From the NCBI GenBank assembly GCA_963833985.1, contig CAWIAD010000002.1:4384001-4448000 (forward strand): DNA of 64,000 bases, written 5' to 3'. Each line of letters opens with the position of its first letter. The first letter of the stretch is position 1. Position numbers and translations under genes: made by a program. The notes beneath the pieces are model-generated. The model was not told where the DNA came from. It worked only from the letters and a program-made list of their open reading frames with translations, and did no database searches. Origin of the DNA: an uncultured Planctomycetaceae bacterium (GTDB taxonomy: Bacteria; Planctomycetota; Planctomycetia; Isosphaerales; Isosphaeraceae). Below, piece by piece: positions 41,085-51,827 of the stretch.

Positions 41085-42434
41085 ATGAGATCAGCGTGCT
41101 CCGGTCGGCCTGCCCTCCCGTACCTGGAACTCCAGGGCCAGATCATGCGTTTGCGGATGCTGGATTCGTGCACGAACCTGGTTTGCCTGGTGCGCGAGTA
41201 TCTCTGTCTGACGCTGATCATCGGTGGCACCGTGGCCTGGGCGGAGGCCCGGACGCGGTGGGGAAGCTCGCCGCTCTGGAACATCCCGGTGTTCCTGTTG
41301 GCGATCGTGCTCATCGGCGCGGTCCAGCATCGTCTGGCCGGGCTCGGACACGAGGCGTCGCACTACACGTTCATGAAGCACCGCTTCCTCAATGATTTTC
41401 TGCCTGACCTCTTCTGCATGTTCCCGCTGATCACCACGGTGCACTTCTATCGCGTCTTCCACATGGCCCACCACCAGTTCACGAACGATCCGCGGCACGA
41501 TCCGGATCTCCTGAACCTGGGACACGGGAAGCGGGCGTTCGAGTTTCCGATGACGCGGCGCCAGTTCATCGCCCTGATCTACTTCTGCGTAATCACGGCA
41601 CCGGTCCGGTTTATTCGCTTCCAGCTTGCCTACATCACCGTGAACTCGCTCGGCAAGGGGCGCAGCGCGTATCTGGGAACCGAGACCACGGAGCGATTCG
41701 CCGAACTTTATCTTCCTCGCCTGGGGACGGTTTTGGGAGTTGCCTATATCCTCGCCCTGGGCTGCACCGTGCACGTGCTGAGGACGACCGGCGCAACGTC
41801 CTGGATCGTTCCGGCTGGCCTTGCCGGCATGGTGATCGCAAGCCTGGCCGCGTTTGCACTTCCAGACTGGGCCGTCTACCGCTCGCCGTTCCGCCACGCG
41901 TATTCATCCCGCTTCGCCTCGGTGGCGCGGCTCTTTTACTACAGCCTGGTCGTCATGGCACTGGCCGGCGTCCAGTGGCTCACCGGGCTCGACTCCACCT
42001 TCTACCTGATGGTCCTCTGGTTCGTGCCCATTTTCACCACGTTTCCGTTCTTCATGCTGCTGCGCGACGTGTACCAGCACTCCAATGCCGATTCAGGCCA
42101 GCTGACCAATTCACGCGTCTTTTTCACCGATCCGTTCACGCGCTGGGCCGTCTTCGTCTACGGACAGGACATGCACATTCCCCACCACCTCTTTCCCGCC
42201 ATTCCTCACTACCGTCTCGGCGTGCTGCACGAGCTGTTGAAACGGTCGAGCGCCGCGTACGGCAGCCAGGTTGTGGAGTGCCACGGCACGTTTGGCGATC
42301 GGCTTGGCAGGGTGACCATCCTGGACGAGATGACGCGGAGGCCGAGCGCGGCGCGGCAGGCCGGCGGCCCCGACCCGGAGTGTGCGGGGAGCCGCGCGAT
42401 GGCCGCATCCGGCACGGGCTCAACCGGTCAGTGA
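41085..42434 (+). CDS. Membrane fatty acid desaturase family protein
   Basis: His boxes HEASH, HMAHH, HIPHH. Confidence 0.88.
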   Translation: MRSACSGRPALPYLELQGQIMRLRMLDSCTNLVCLVREYLCLTLIIGGTVAWAEARTRWGSSPLWNIPVFLLAIVLIGAVQHRLAGLGHEASHYTFMKHRFLNDFLPDLFCMFPLITTVHFYRVFHMAHHQFTNDPRHDPDLLNLGHGKRAFEFPMTRRQFIALIYFCVITAPVRFIRFQLAYITVNSLGKGRSAYLGTETTERFAELYLPRLGTVLGVAYILALGCTVHVLRTTGATSWIVPAGLAGMVIASLAAFALPDWAVYRSPFRHAYSSRFASVARLFYYSLVVMALAGVQWLTGLDSTFYLMVLWFVPIFTTFPFFMLLRDVYQHSNADSGQLTNSRVFFTDPFTRWAVFVYGQDMHIPHHLFPAIPHYRLGVLHELLKRSSAAYGSQVVECHGTFGDRLGRVTILDEMTRRPSAARQAGGPDPECAGSRAMAASGTGSTGQ

Positions 42435-43628
42435 GGCCAGGCCGGGCTCGACTCGAGGTCCGACATGCGTATGCCAGGGCGGCTCCCGGCTCTCCGTGCC
42501 GGGGACGGAGCTCATGCCTGCCGGGGCAGGCACCGCGACATGGGGCCCGTTGAATCGCGAGAAACCGTTTCGCTCCGCGGTTGTGGCGTGTGCCGGGGCG
42601 ACCGGGCTGCTCTCCAGCGCCGTACCCGGCTGGTCGCTCGCGAGCAGTTCATCACCGTCCAGACTCTTCAAAAAAGCCGCGATGACCTGCGGATCGAAGA
42701 TGACCCCGGAGTTCTCGGCGAGATAGGCGCGGACCTTTTCCACCTCCCAGCGCTTGCGGTAAGGGCGGTCGCTCACGAGGGCGTCCCAGATGTCAACGGC
42801 GGTGAAGATGCGCGCGGCTTCCGGGATTTCCTCGCGCTTCAGTCCGCGCGGGTAGCCCTTGCCGTCCCAGCGCTCGTGATGGCAATAGGGAATTTCCAGG
42901 GCGGGCCGGAGGTAGGTGATCGGTTCGAGCATGGATCGGGCGTAGTCCGGGTGGCGGCGCATGATTTCCCATTCGGAATCGGAAAGCGGCCCGGGCTTGC
43001 GGAGGATGGCGTCGGGAATCGCAATCTTGCCGATATCGTGCAGGAGGGCACCGCGGTGGATTTGCACCAGTCTGTCCGGATCAACCCCCATGGCCCGGGC
43101 CAGGCGAACGGTCATCTCCGCGACTCGCAGCGAATGCCCTTCGAGCTCGTGCTCGCGGAGATCGAGGGCGCGAACCCAGCCATGCAGCGTGGCGTCGTAG
43201 GCCTCCTGTAACTCGGCCAGTGCGCGCTGGAGCTTGCGGAAGCGGTTGAGGCGGATGATGGTTCGGATACGGGTTCGCAGCTCGACGCGGTCGAAGGGCT
43301 TGACGATGTAGCCATCGGCGCCGGCTTCGAGCCCTGAGAGACGCGAGGCCCGATCGTCGAGCGCGGTGACCAGGATGACCGGGATCTCGGCAAGGCGAGT
43401 GTTGCCGCGTATCAGCCGCAGGCACTCCAGCCCGTTCATCCCGGGCATCATCACGTCGAGCACGATCAGGTCAGGCTCGAGCCGCAGAGCCAGCGAGAGT
43501 GCCTCAGGTCCGTTGCAGGCGAATGCCAGTCCATATCCCTGCCCCAGCAACAACGATTCCAGTGCGCGACGTCCCGACGGTTCGTCATCCACGATCAAGA
43601 TCAGGCTGATCGAACACGTCTCTTGCAT
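42420..43628 (-). CDS. REC + HD-GYP cyclic di-GMP phosphodiesterase (RpfG-like)
   Basis: VDD..DVMMP receiver; LLHDIGK; HHERWDGKGYP. Confidence 0.92.
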   Translation of the reverse strand: MQETCSISLILIVDDEPSGRRALESLLLGQGYGLAFACNGPEALSLALRLEPDLIVLDVMMPGMNGLECLRLIRGNTRLAEIPVILVTALDDRASRLSGLEAGADGYIVKPFDRVELRTRIRTIIRLNRFRKLQRALAELQEAYDATLHGWVRALDLREHELEGHSLRVAEMTVRLARAMGVDPDRLVQIHRGALLHDIGKIAIPDAILRKPGPLSDSEWEIMRRHPDYARSMLEPITYLRPALEIPYCHHERWDGKGYPRGLKREEIPEAARIFTAVDIWDALVSDRPYRKRWEVEKVRAYLAENSGVIFDPQVIAAFLKSLDGDELLASDQPGTALESSPVAPAHATTAERNGFSRFNGPHVAVPAPAGMSSVPGTESREPPWHTHVGPRVEPGLASLTG

Positions 43629-46600
43629 CGTCCTGGTTTCCCCACTGCCTGGGTTCAAGAAAGCCTCGAACCATTTCGAACACGTCGCGCAGCACGATGG
43701 GCTTGCTGAGGTACGCGTCGGCCCCGGCCCGCAGGCAGCGATCCTGATCGCCCGGCATCGCCAGGGCCGTCAGCGCGATGATCGGAATGGCCCTCGTTCC
43801 CGGGTTGGACTTGAGTATGCGAATGGCCTCAAACCCGTCCGTCCCGGGCATCTGGATGTCCATCAGGATCACCTGCGGCCGCAGCTCGATCGCCCTGGAG
43901 ACCGCCTCTTCGCCGTCACACGCCAGCGCCGTGCGCATGCCCTTGTTCTTAAGGAAGTCTACGACACTTCGTGCATTCACTTCGTTGTCCTCGGCCAGGA
44001 GCACGAGCGGGCCCGGCCCATCCTGCGATGTCTCTGGCACCAGCATGATCGCCAACCGCTCCGCCGAAGTTGTTGCAAGAACAGGAGCAAGGGCCGAGAG
44101 CAGCGATTCCCGGGTCAACGGAGGGCCGAGCCGGATGACGTTTTCCCGCGTCGGCGGCTCCAGAGGGAGGGCGTCCTCGGACAGCAACACGATGGTGACC
44201 GCTCGCATCCGGGGGTCGGGATCGCCGGCCAGCGCGGTGCAGATCTGGCCGAGAACCGGGTCGCCCGCGGCTGCCCGGACCAGGAGCAAGAGCGGATGCA
44301 GCGATCGGATCCTCGGCCAGACATCGGAGGTGAATGGGTAAACCGTGAACTGGAAACCGCATTCCGCCAGGGTCGCGCTGAGCCACTGGTGAGAGCTGAG
44401 AGCCGCGGGATCGGCCGGCGATCGGTCGCACACGGGATCGAGGAGCGGATCGTGCAGCGTTCGGGGTGTTGCGTCGTCCGGTTTTTTCCAGGGCAGCTCG
44501 ATGGTGAAGCGGCTGCCCCGGCCGGTCTCGCTGCGCACGACGACTGTTCCGCCCAGCAGTCCAGTCATCTTGCGCACCAGCGAGAGCCCCAGGCCGGTTC
44601 CCGAGTAATGCCGCGCCAGGCCGCTGTCCACCTGTGTGAACGGCTCGAATATGCGGGCCAGGTCCGTTGCCTGGATACCGATTCCCGTATCCCAGACGGT
44701 CCAGGCGATGGTGCCGCGTGCCGGGTCACCGCCGGCCTCGAGCCCGATCGCGCCGCCCGCGCCAGTGAATTTCACGGCATTGCTCAGCAGGTTGACGAGA
44801 ATCTGCTTGAGCCGCTTCTCGTCGGTCTCGATGACGTCGAGTGCCGGGTCGACCTCGAGATGCACATCGAGCCTGGCCTTGTGGGCCGATTCCTTGATCA
44901 GGCGGATCGACGACGCGCAAACGGCGGCGACATTCACGGGACAGGGCTCGTAGACGAGCTTGCCCGCATCGATCTTGGCGACGTCGAGAATGTCATTGAA
45001 CAGGGTCATGAGGTGACGGCCGCTGACTGCGATGTCCTCCAGGGCGGAAGCCTGCCGGGAATTGACCGGGCCGTAGACCTCCTCGAGCATGGCCTCGGCC
45101 ATGCTGAGCACGCCGTAGAGCGGAGTCCGCAGCTCGTGGCTCATGTTCGCCATGAACTCGTCCTTGAGCCGGGCGGCGCGCGCCAGGTCGGCGTTGACGG
45201 CAATGAGCTCCTCGGTCCGTCCCCGCACGGCCACTTCCGCCTGGGTCCGCATGGCGATCTCCTCCCTGAGCGCTGCGTTCAGCTCGGCCATGGCCTCCTC
45301 GGCCTGCTTCTGGGCCGTGATATCGGTCAGGGTGGCTCCCACCGAGATCACGCTGCCGCTGGCGTCGAGGACCGGGAAGAAGCTTTCGATGAACGTGCGC
45401 GGCGCCGGCTCCGGCAGGTGCACCGATCTGGATCTCGGTAATGGCAGAGGGCCTGCCGGTCTCGAAGACATCGCGCACGACGGCCTCGACACGCTCGGCT
45501 TGTTGGGGGAGGAGCTCACGCAGCCCGCGGCCGATGTGGTCCTCCGCCGAGATGCCGTTGAACTCGGCCAGGCAGTAATTGACCCGGGTGAACCGCACCT
45601 GCCGATCGAAGAACGCCAGGCCGACGGTCGCGTTGACGAGCATCGACTCCAGCTCTGCGGTTCGCTCGGCGACCCGGTCCTCGAGTTCGCGCATTGAGCG
45701 CGCGGACTTCCTCCTCGGTCCGCTTCCGTGCAGTGATATCGAACAGCACGCCGTCGAAGACCACCTCCTGGTCCTCGACATGCGGGCTGGCCATGCCCTC
45801 AATCCATGCGCTTCCCCCATCGGCCCGCAACGTGCGGGCCTCGAATCGCCAGCCGGTTCTGGTGGTGATGGCCTTCATCACGGAAGCCAGGAAGGCCTCG
45901 CGATCCAGTGGATGAATTCCCGAGCCCAGGCGCCAGTCTGGCGAACCTATGGGCACAGCGAGATTGAGGATGTCCTGGGCTTTCGGGTTCAGGTAGCTGA
46001 AGTAATACGATCCGTCAGGACGACAACGGAACTGGAAGACGACTCCGGGGATGCTGCTGGCGATGTCGCGGAACCGTTGCTCGCTCGCCTGGAGATCCTG
46101 CTGGGCCTGGCGGCGCTCGCTCACGTCGGAGACCATCTTGAGCACGCCGATGGTGTGCCCTTCCTCATCGGCGAAGGCGCTCGCCGAGACGATCACCCAG
46201 ATCGGCCTGCCATCCTTGCGGCGAAACTCGAAATCATAGGTCTCGCCAACTCCCAGGCGGCGGCGATCCAGCCTCTCGCGGAAAACGCTGCGCAGCTCAG
46301 GGGCCAGGAAGTCGTCCACCTGGGCATGCTCGAGTTCCTGCACGCCGCAGCCGAGGATCTCGGCCATGCGCGCGTTCACGAACACGGTCTTGCCGTCCAC
46401 ATCGAGCACCCAGACGCCTTCCCGCGCCGTCTCGACAATGCGCCGGTAGCGGCGCTCGCTGTCATGGAGCGCCTGCTGCACTCTCCTGGCCTCGCTCACG
46501 TCGCGGACGATGCCGACGATCAGGGGCGTGCCGTGCAGCTCCACCTTGCTGGCGCCCAGCTCGATGGGCAAGGTGGACCCATCCTTGCGCACCGCCAGGA

Positions 46601-47549
46601 TCTCGTAATCAGTGCCCAGCCAGCGCGCCTGGCCGCTGGTGAGGAACCGCTCCACATAGCGGCTGTGCTCTGTCTCGTGGGGCGGGAGCATGAGGACTGC
46701 GATGCCCTGGCCCACGATCTCCTCGGCGTGGAACCCGAACATCCGCTCGGCGGCCGGGTTGAACGAGTGGACGGTCCCCTGCCGGTCGATCGTGATGATC
46801 GCGTCCACCGCGGTCTTGACAATCGCCGCCATCAGGGCCTGGCTCTCGGCCAGCGATTCCTCGATCCGCTTTTGCTCGGAGATGTCCTGAAGGATGCCCC
46901 GTACCAGCTCCACTCGGCCGTCCCTGAACACGGGAATGCCCTTGATGCGCACCGATTTGCGAGTTCCCAGGGCGGAGACCATTGCCAGCTCCAGGTCAAA
47001 TGGCAGGCCCAGCGCCACCGCATCGTTCAGGGCACTCGTCATCCTGGAACGGGAATCCTCCGTGAGAAAGCTCAGGGCCAGGAACCTCGCCGGCTGCATG
47101 GAAGGATCAAGGTCATGGATTCTGGCCGCCTGCTCGGTCCACCGTCCCTCCCCGGTCGCCGGGTCAAACTCCCAGCCACCCAGGCCGGCGAGCTCGCCTG
47201 TCATGCGCAGCAGCTCATCCCTGGCCAGCTCGGCCGATTCCAATGGCCTTTCCCCGCAGGTGCTCGCTGCCGGCGCGGCCGGCGCACCGCTGGCCAGGCG
47301 GGCCAGGACCGCTCGCAGCTCGAGACATCGTTTCAGCAACTGCTCGGCATGGGTCTGGGCAAGTGGGCCACGGTCGACGCAATCCGCCTGACCGCCGCCC
47401 CCCGAGGCGCTGCCATGGCTGTCTGGCCCTGCCACCAGCCGCAAGGCTGCGTCCACCTCGGCGAGGTGCCCATTCAGCTCCGCGCACAGCGTCTTGAGGG
47501 CTTCAAGGAGGGATTCTTCCGAAGCGAAGAGGCTCTTGAAACGGTTCAT
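43585..47549 (-). CDS. Multi-PAS hybrid histidine kinase, frameshifts near 45695 and 45410
   Basis: About five PAS domains across three ORFs; MSHELRTPL, NAVKFT, GTGLGL, C-terminal REC. Confidence 0.88.
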
Positions 47550-47696
47550 GGTGCACCTCAGCGTGCTTTTCCGACTTGCAGATTCTCGGGCCGCGTCGCG
47601 CTCCGGTCTCTCCGGCCAGAACGTTCCGCGACGCGGCTCGGCGCCCGGCCCGCCACGACCGCGGTCCGGGTCTGATTGCCAGCACCGGGATCGAGC

Positions 47697-49391
47697 TCAG
47701 GGAAGACGGTCCTCACGCCAGGAGTGTTGAATCGGAAGCGACGCCTTGATGACCGTGCCCGCGCCGGGCGCCGAGATGACGGCCAGCTCACCGCCCACCA
47801 GCGAGACGCGCTCTCTCATGCCCACGAGGCCCAGGCTTTCCCCGCAGGCGGACCGATCCAGAGCCACGTCCGGGTCGAACCCGTTCCCGTCGTCCGAGAC
47901 CGCGAGCTCCAGCCTCCCTTCGTCCATTCGCAAGCGTACCAGAACATGAGACGCCTGTGAATGCCGCAGGGCATTGGTGATGGCTTCCTGAACCACCCGG
48001 AAGCAGACGGTCTCGAGCGCCAGCCCCAGCCGGCCAATCCCCTCGTCGGCCTGGAACCGCATCTCCACCGCGGCACCACTGGCCGTCGCACTGATGTGAC
48101 GTCGCAGCGCGGTGACCAGGCCGAAATCGTCGAGCAGAGAGGGATGGAGGTCGAGCGAAAGCCGCCGGACCCTCTGGATCAAACAGGCCACCAGGTCCAG
48201 GCAGCCGTCAATCGGCTGGCAAGCAGACGGGCTGGCCACCGTCCGCTTGATGGAGGCCAGGCTGATGTTGAGCACGGTCAGGCTCTGACCGATCTCGTCG
48301 TGCAGCTCGCGCACGATGTGCCGCGATTCCTCCTCCCGCACCAGGATCAACTTGCGTGAGAGCGACTCGAGCTGGCTGCGGCTCCGCGTCTCTTTCTCGA
48401 GCAAGGCCGCGTGCTCCAGGGCCACAGCGATGATGTCGCCAAGCTCCTGGGCAATCTCGATCTGCAACGCACCGAAGAAGGTCTGGTCGGGGCCGCCCAG
48501 AAGCAGAGCTCCCAGAAGCCGATCGCCGTGGCCCAGGGGAACGATCATCAGCACCAGGATTCCTACCTCGCGGAGCCGCAACGCCAGCGCAGGCGGGCAT
48601 TGCTCGTTGTCCACTGGCAGGATGACCGGGCGGAAACCATCGTGGCCGCTCGGCAACAGCACGCCCAGCTCGGCAACGGAAAGCGGCGCTTCCAGCTTGC
48701 CCAGGTTTGCCGGGCCGTGCTCCGCCAGCAGTGCGAGCATGGAAGATCGCTGATCCACACGGTAAATGGCCGCGTGCCGGTGCGGGATCAGGTCGCGCAC
48801 CAGCGGCGCGACCTGGGTGGCGATCTCCACGGCCGACCCGCCCAGCAAGATCGCCCGGTCGATCTGGCGTAGCACGTCCAGGCGGCGTGAGTACTCGCGC
48901 AGCTCCGACATCGCCTGCCGGGAATAATCGATCTCGGCTTGCAGGCGGCGGAAACGATTGAGCCGGGTGATTGTGAGCACGCGGACACGCAGCTCGGCGC
49001 GATCGAAGGGCTTTGTGATGTAGTCGTCGGCGCCGGCCTCCAGGCCCGCCAGCCTCGAGGAGCGGTCGTCCAGGGCCGTCACCAGCAAGATCGGAACCTC
49101 GGCCATGCCCGGGTGCGAACGGATCTGCCGGCAGACCTCGAGCCCGTCCATCCCCGGCATCATGACATCGAGCAGGATCACGTCGGGACGGCCGGTCTCC
49201 ACGAACTTCATGGCGTCGCGACCGCAGGAAGCAAGCTCGAGCTCGTAACCCTGTCCCTCGAAGACCGAAGCCAGCGATTTTCGACTCAGGGGATCATCAT
49301 CGACGATTAGCAGAACCGGTCGGACGGTTGAAGGAAAATCCTGGCCGTGCCGCGTCTTCCACTTGAGGATATCTTGCCGACCTCTGTTCAC
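47697..49391 (-). CDS. REC-GAF-HisKA_3-HATPase sensor kinase (NarX/UhpB-type)
   Basis: RELHDEIGQ, QEAITNALRH, DDGNGF, GLVGMRER. Confidence 0.92.
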   Translation of the reverse strand: MNRGRQDILKWKTRHGQDFPSTVRPVLLIVDDDPLSRKSLASVFEGQGYELELASCGRDAMKFVETGRPDVILLDVMMPGMDGLEVCRQIRSHPGMAEVPILLVTALDDRSSRLAGLEAGADDYITKPFDRAELRVRVLTITRLNRFRRLQAEIDYSRQAMSELREYSRRLDVLRQIDRAILLGGSAVEIATQVAPLVRDLIPHRHAAIYRVDQRSSMLALLAEHGPANLGKLEAPLSVAELGVLLPSGHDGFRPVILPVDNEQCPPALALRLREVGILVLMIVPLGHGDRLLGALLLGGPDQTFFGALQIEIAQELGDIIAVALEHAALLEKETRSRSQLESLSRKLILVREEESRHIVRELHDEIGQSLTVLNISLASIKRTVASPSACQPIDGCLDLVACLIQRVRRLSLDLHPSLLDDFGLVTALRRHISATASGAAVEMRFQADEGIGRLGLALETVCFRVVQEAITNALRHSQASHVLVRLRMDEGRLELAVSDDGNGFDPDVALDRSACGESLGLVGMRERVSLVGGELAVISAPGAGTVIKASLPIQHSWREDRLP

Positions 49392-49576
49392 CGGGGCCTG
49401 GCTTTCCTGAGCATAGATGTGGGATACTGATGCGAGGCTTTAGCGATTTTAAGCCGACGCCTTCGTTTCTACAAGTGTGTAAGCGCCAGCCAGGGCCATT
49501 CGGGCCGATCGTGCGTGCGAAGATCCGTTGAACCTTCAGTCTTGAGGGACCGTCGCTTGTTAGGAGGTTTGGGGTA

Positions 49577-50230
49577 ATGTGTGCCGTGAGAATCGTGATC
49601 GCCGACGATCACACGATTGTCCGGGGTGGGATTCGTCTCCTGCTCGAGTCGCAGGAGGGCGTGGAGGTCATTGGCGAGGCTGCCAACGGCCATGAGGCGC
49701 TGGAGCTGACGCGGGCCTTTCACCCGGATGTGCTGGTGGCCGACATCGCCATGCCGGGGCTGAATGGACTGGATCTCGTGAAATGTATGAAACAGGACCT
49801 GTCGCAAACCCGTGCGGTGATCCTGTCCATGCATAACGACCAGGAATACGTCCGCCGCGCCATGGAGGCGGGAGCCAGGGGATACGTGCTCAAGGGGTCG
49901 AATATTGAGGAGCTGAGCATGGCCGTCCAGGCCGTGATGCGAGGAGAGGTGTTCCTCAGCCCCGCGATCACCCAGCCTCTCGTCGATTCGTTACTCGACC
50001 GGTCCGGCAACCGCACCGCGCCGGGAGGCGAGCTCACCCCACGTCAGCGCGAAGTGCTCTGCCTCATTGCCGAGGGGGAAACCACCAAGGCGGTGGCCAA
50101 CCGCCTGGGAATCAGCGCGAAAACCGTGGAAGCGCACCGCTCACAGCTCATGGAACGCCTCCAGATCTACGAAGTCGCGGGCCTGGTCCGCTACGCCATC
50201 CGCACCGGGCTGGTCTCCTCGGATGCCTGA
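49577..50230 (+). CDS. NarL/FixJ-family response regulator (REC + LuxR HTH)
   Basis: ADDH, DIAMP, LTPRQREVL, ISAKTVEAHR. Confidence 0.95.
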   Translation: MCAVRIVIADDHTIVRGGIRLLLESQEGVEVIGEAANGHEALELTRAFHPDVLVADIAMPGLNGLDLVKCMKQDLSQTRAVILSMHNDQEYVRRAMEAGARGYVLKGSNIEELSMAVQAVMRGEVFLSPAITQPLVDSLLDRSGNRTAPGGELTPRQREVLCLIAEGETTKAVANRLGISAKTVEAHRSQLMERLQIYEVAGLVRYAIRTGLVSSDA

Positions 50231-50325
50231 CGCCCGCACCGTCCTCTCTTCGTCGCGATGTCGAAGATAATTGAGAAATTCATTATACGGCTTACCTTGA
50301 GCGGCGAGAGAGTCCCTTCGCCATA

Positions 50326-50340
50326 TCGGGAAACTCCTGA
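50326..50340. promoter_or_regulatory. Palindromic operator candidate TCGGG-AAACT-CCTGA
   Basis: Matches motif copies at 51721 and 56473; AT-rich intergenic context. Confidence 0.5.
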
Positions 50341-50556
50341 TTGAGGATATTGAACCGCGATGTCATAGTTAAATTGAGCTTGATCGCAAGCCCGAGTAAC
50401 GTGCTTTGATAGACGAATCGTTCTCACTGACGTGGATCGGTCTCTCGTCGAGACCAGCTCGGGCGTCGTGCTTCAAGCCCTAACCAACCCGATCCCCGGC
50501 GACGCGTGCCGGTGCTAATACGACAGGGGCCGGGCAGGCAAAGAAAGGGGATCTCC

Positions 50557-50844
50557 ATGAAATATGCGAAGCCCTTGAACGGCTACGCGGATCGCCTGCA
50601 ACTCCGGTCTCAAAGCCACGCTGGCGAGAATGGCAAGCAGCCCGAGCCCCTTGACTATCGCTGCCCGAGGTGCGATTCGCCACTGGAGTTGATCCAGCCC
50701 GACCTCGCGCGCGGCGAAGCTCTGCTCGGCGTCTGTGGAACGTGTCCGGCCTGGTTTCTGATCGACGGCGGCAAGCGCACGATTTTCGACCTGGGCGTCA
50801 TCGACCGGCTCAGCAAACATTCGATCCACGCAGCGACCGACTGA
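50557..50844 (+). CDS. Small zinc-ribbon protein
   Basis: CPRC...CGTC; RBS upstream. Confidence 0.7.
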   Translation: MKYAKPLNGYADRLQLRSQSHAGENGKQPEPLDYRCPRCDSPLELIQPDLARGEALLGVCGTCPAWFLIDGGKRTIFDLGVIDRLSKHSIHAATD

Positions 50845-50901
50845 GCGAGTGAACGCTGCGGATTCGAGACCAGGTGCCAGACCCCGAGGCCACGCCGAGA
50901 A

Positions 50902-51609
50902 TCAACGACCGCCTTGCTGGGACGGCGAGTTGACGACGGCCTGGTAAAGCCCGAGCGGGCAGAGGTGAACGAAGGCCAGGCGGGCGATGAGATGGCCCGC
51001 CGGATCGCGACGAGAACCAAGGAGCTTGCACTCGGCCGGATCGGCCTGCTGGTCCCCGGGCCCGAGCGAGAGCCAGATAGACTGGCCCCAGGGCGGCATG
51101 ACCTCGACGCTGACGGCCACTCCTCCACCGCTGATGTTCTGAACCGTGCAGGGCACGGTCTTGCACTCTTCGCCCACGTGCCACGAGAGCGAGGCCCGGC
51201 GCTCGCGGGGGACGACCCTCTGCCAGGCGCGACGCTCTTTCTGGTGATGGATCAGATTCCAGCAGGGCTGCTCCGACTGGAACGCGAACTTGGCCAGGAT
51301 CCTCCCGGAATCGGTGGTCTCTGATGTCACGAGATCGGCCGCAATGGGGCCCGTCGAGGAGGTCAAGTTCTCGAACTGAACCATGCAGGGCTGACCGGGC
51401 ACCGGCTGTGCATCCATGAGGACCGCAACCCCGTTACCGCTCACGTTGACCAGGCTCACCATGTGGCTCACGGTCTCTTGCCCGATCGACCAGCTTAGCC
51501 TGGTCACCAGGTTCGGAAACACGAACCGGACCCACTCACGGCGTTCACGCGAGGCTTCCTGGTTCGATGCCTCGGTCTCGACCGGAGATGATTGGGGCTG
51601 ATGAATCAT
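50902..51609 (-). CDS. Tandem PilZ-domain protein (candidate c-di-GMP receptor)
   Basis: Two RxxxR plus NxSxxG pairs: RREWVR/NVSGNG and RRAWQR/NISGGG. Confidence 0.85.
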   Translation of the reverse strand: MIHQPQSSPVETEASNQEASRERREWVRFVFPNLVTRLSWSIGQETVSHMVSLVNVSGNGVAVLMDAQPVPGQPCMVQFENLTSSTGPIAADLVTSETTDSGRILAKFAFQSEQPCWNLIHHQKERRAWQRVVPRERRASLSWHVGEECKTVPCTVQNISGGGVAVSVEVMPPWGQSIWLSLGPGDQQADPAECKLLGSRRDPAGHLIARLAFVHLCPLGLYQAVVNSPSQQGGR

Positions 51610-51720
51610 GGGCGGACCTGCGGAGCACGGATCGTCACGGACAGCGCTGCTGGAGCACGGTGGCGCGGTGTTTGAAACCCAGTCAACTCTAGTTCTCCTG
51701 GAGTCATCATCGCTGCGACA

Positions 51721-51735
51721 CCAGGAAATTCCTGA
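51721..51735. promoter_or_regulatory. Palindromic operator candidate CCAGG-AAATT-CCTGA
   Basis: Perfect CAGGAA-A-TTCCTG inverted repeat in the divergent pilZ/51828 intergenic region. Confidence 0.55.
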
Positions 51736-51827
51736 CCCGGCGAGACCGTGCTCGAGTTCGCGCGGCAGTCCTATTCTGTCGTAAAGTGAGAGACGGACCA
51801 TCGAGATGGGCAAGGGGAGCACACGAC

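Noticed and set aside
33063..47675. Other long opposite-strand ORFs (33063..35018, 37366..39294, 43366..45441, 45579..47675)
   Set aside because: Each mirrors a well-supported gene on the other strand
49330..49344. Fourth copy of the palindromic motif (GAAGGAAAATCCTGG)
   Set aside because: Weaker match and probably inside the kinase coding region
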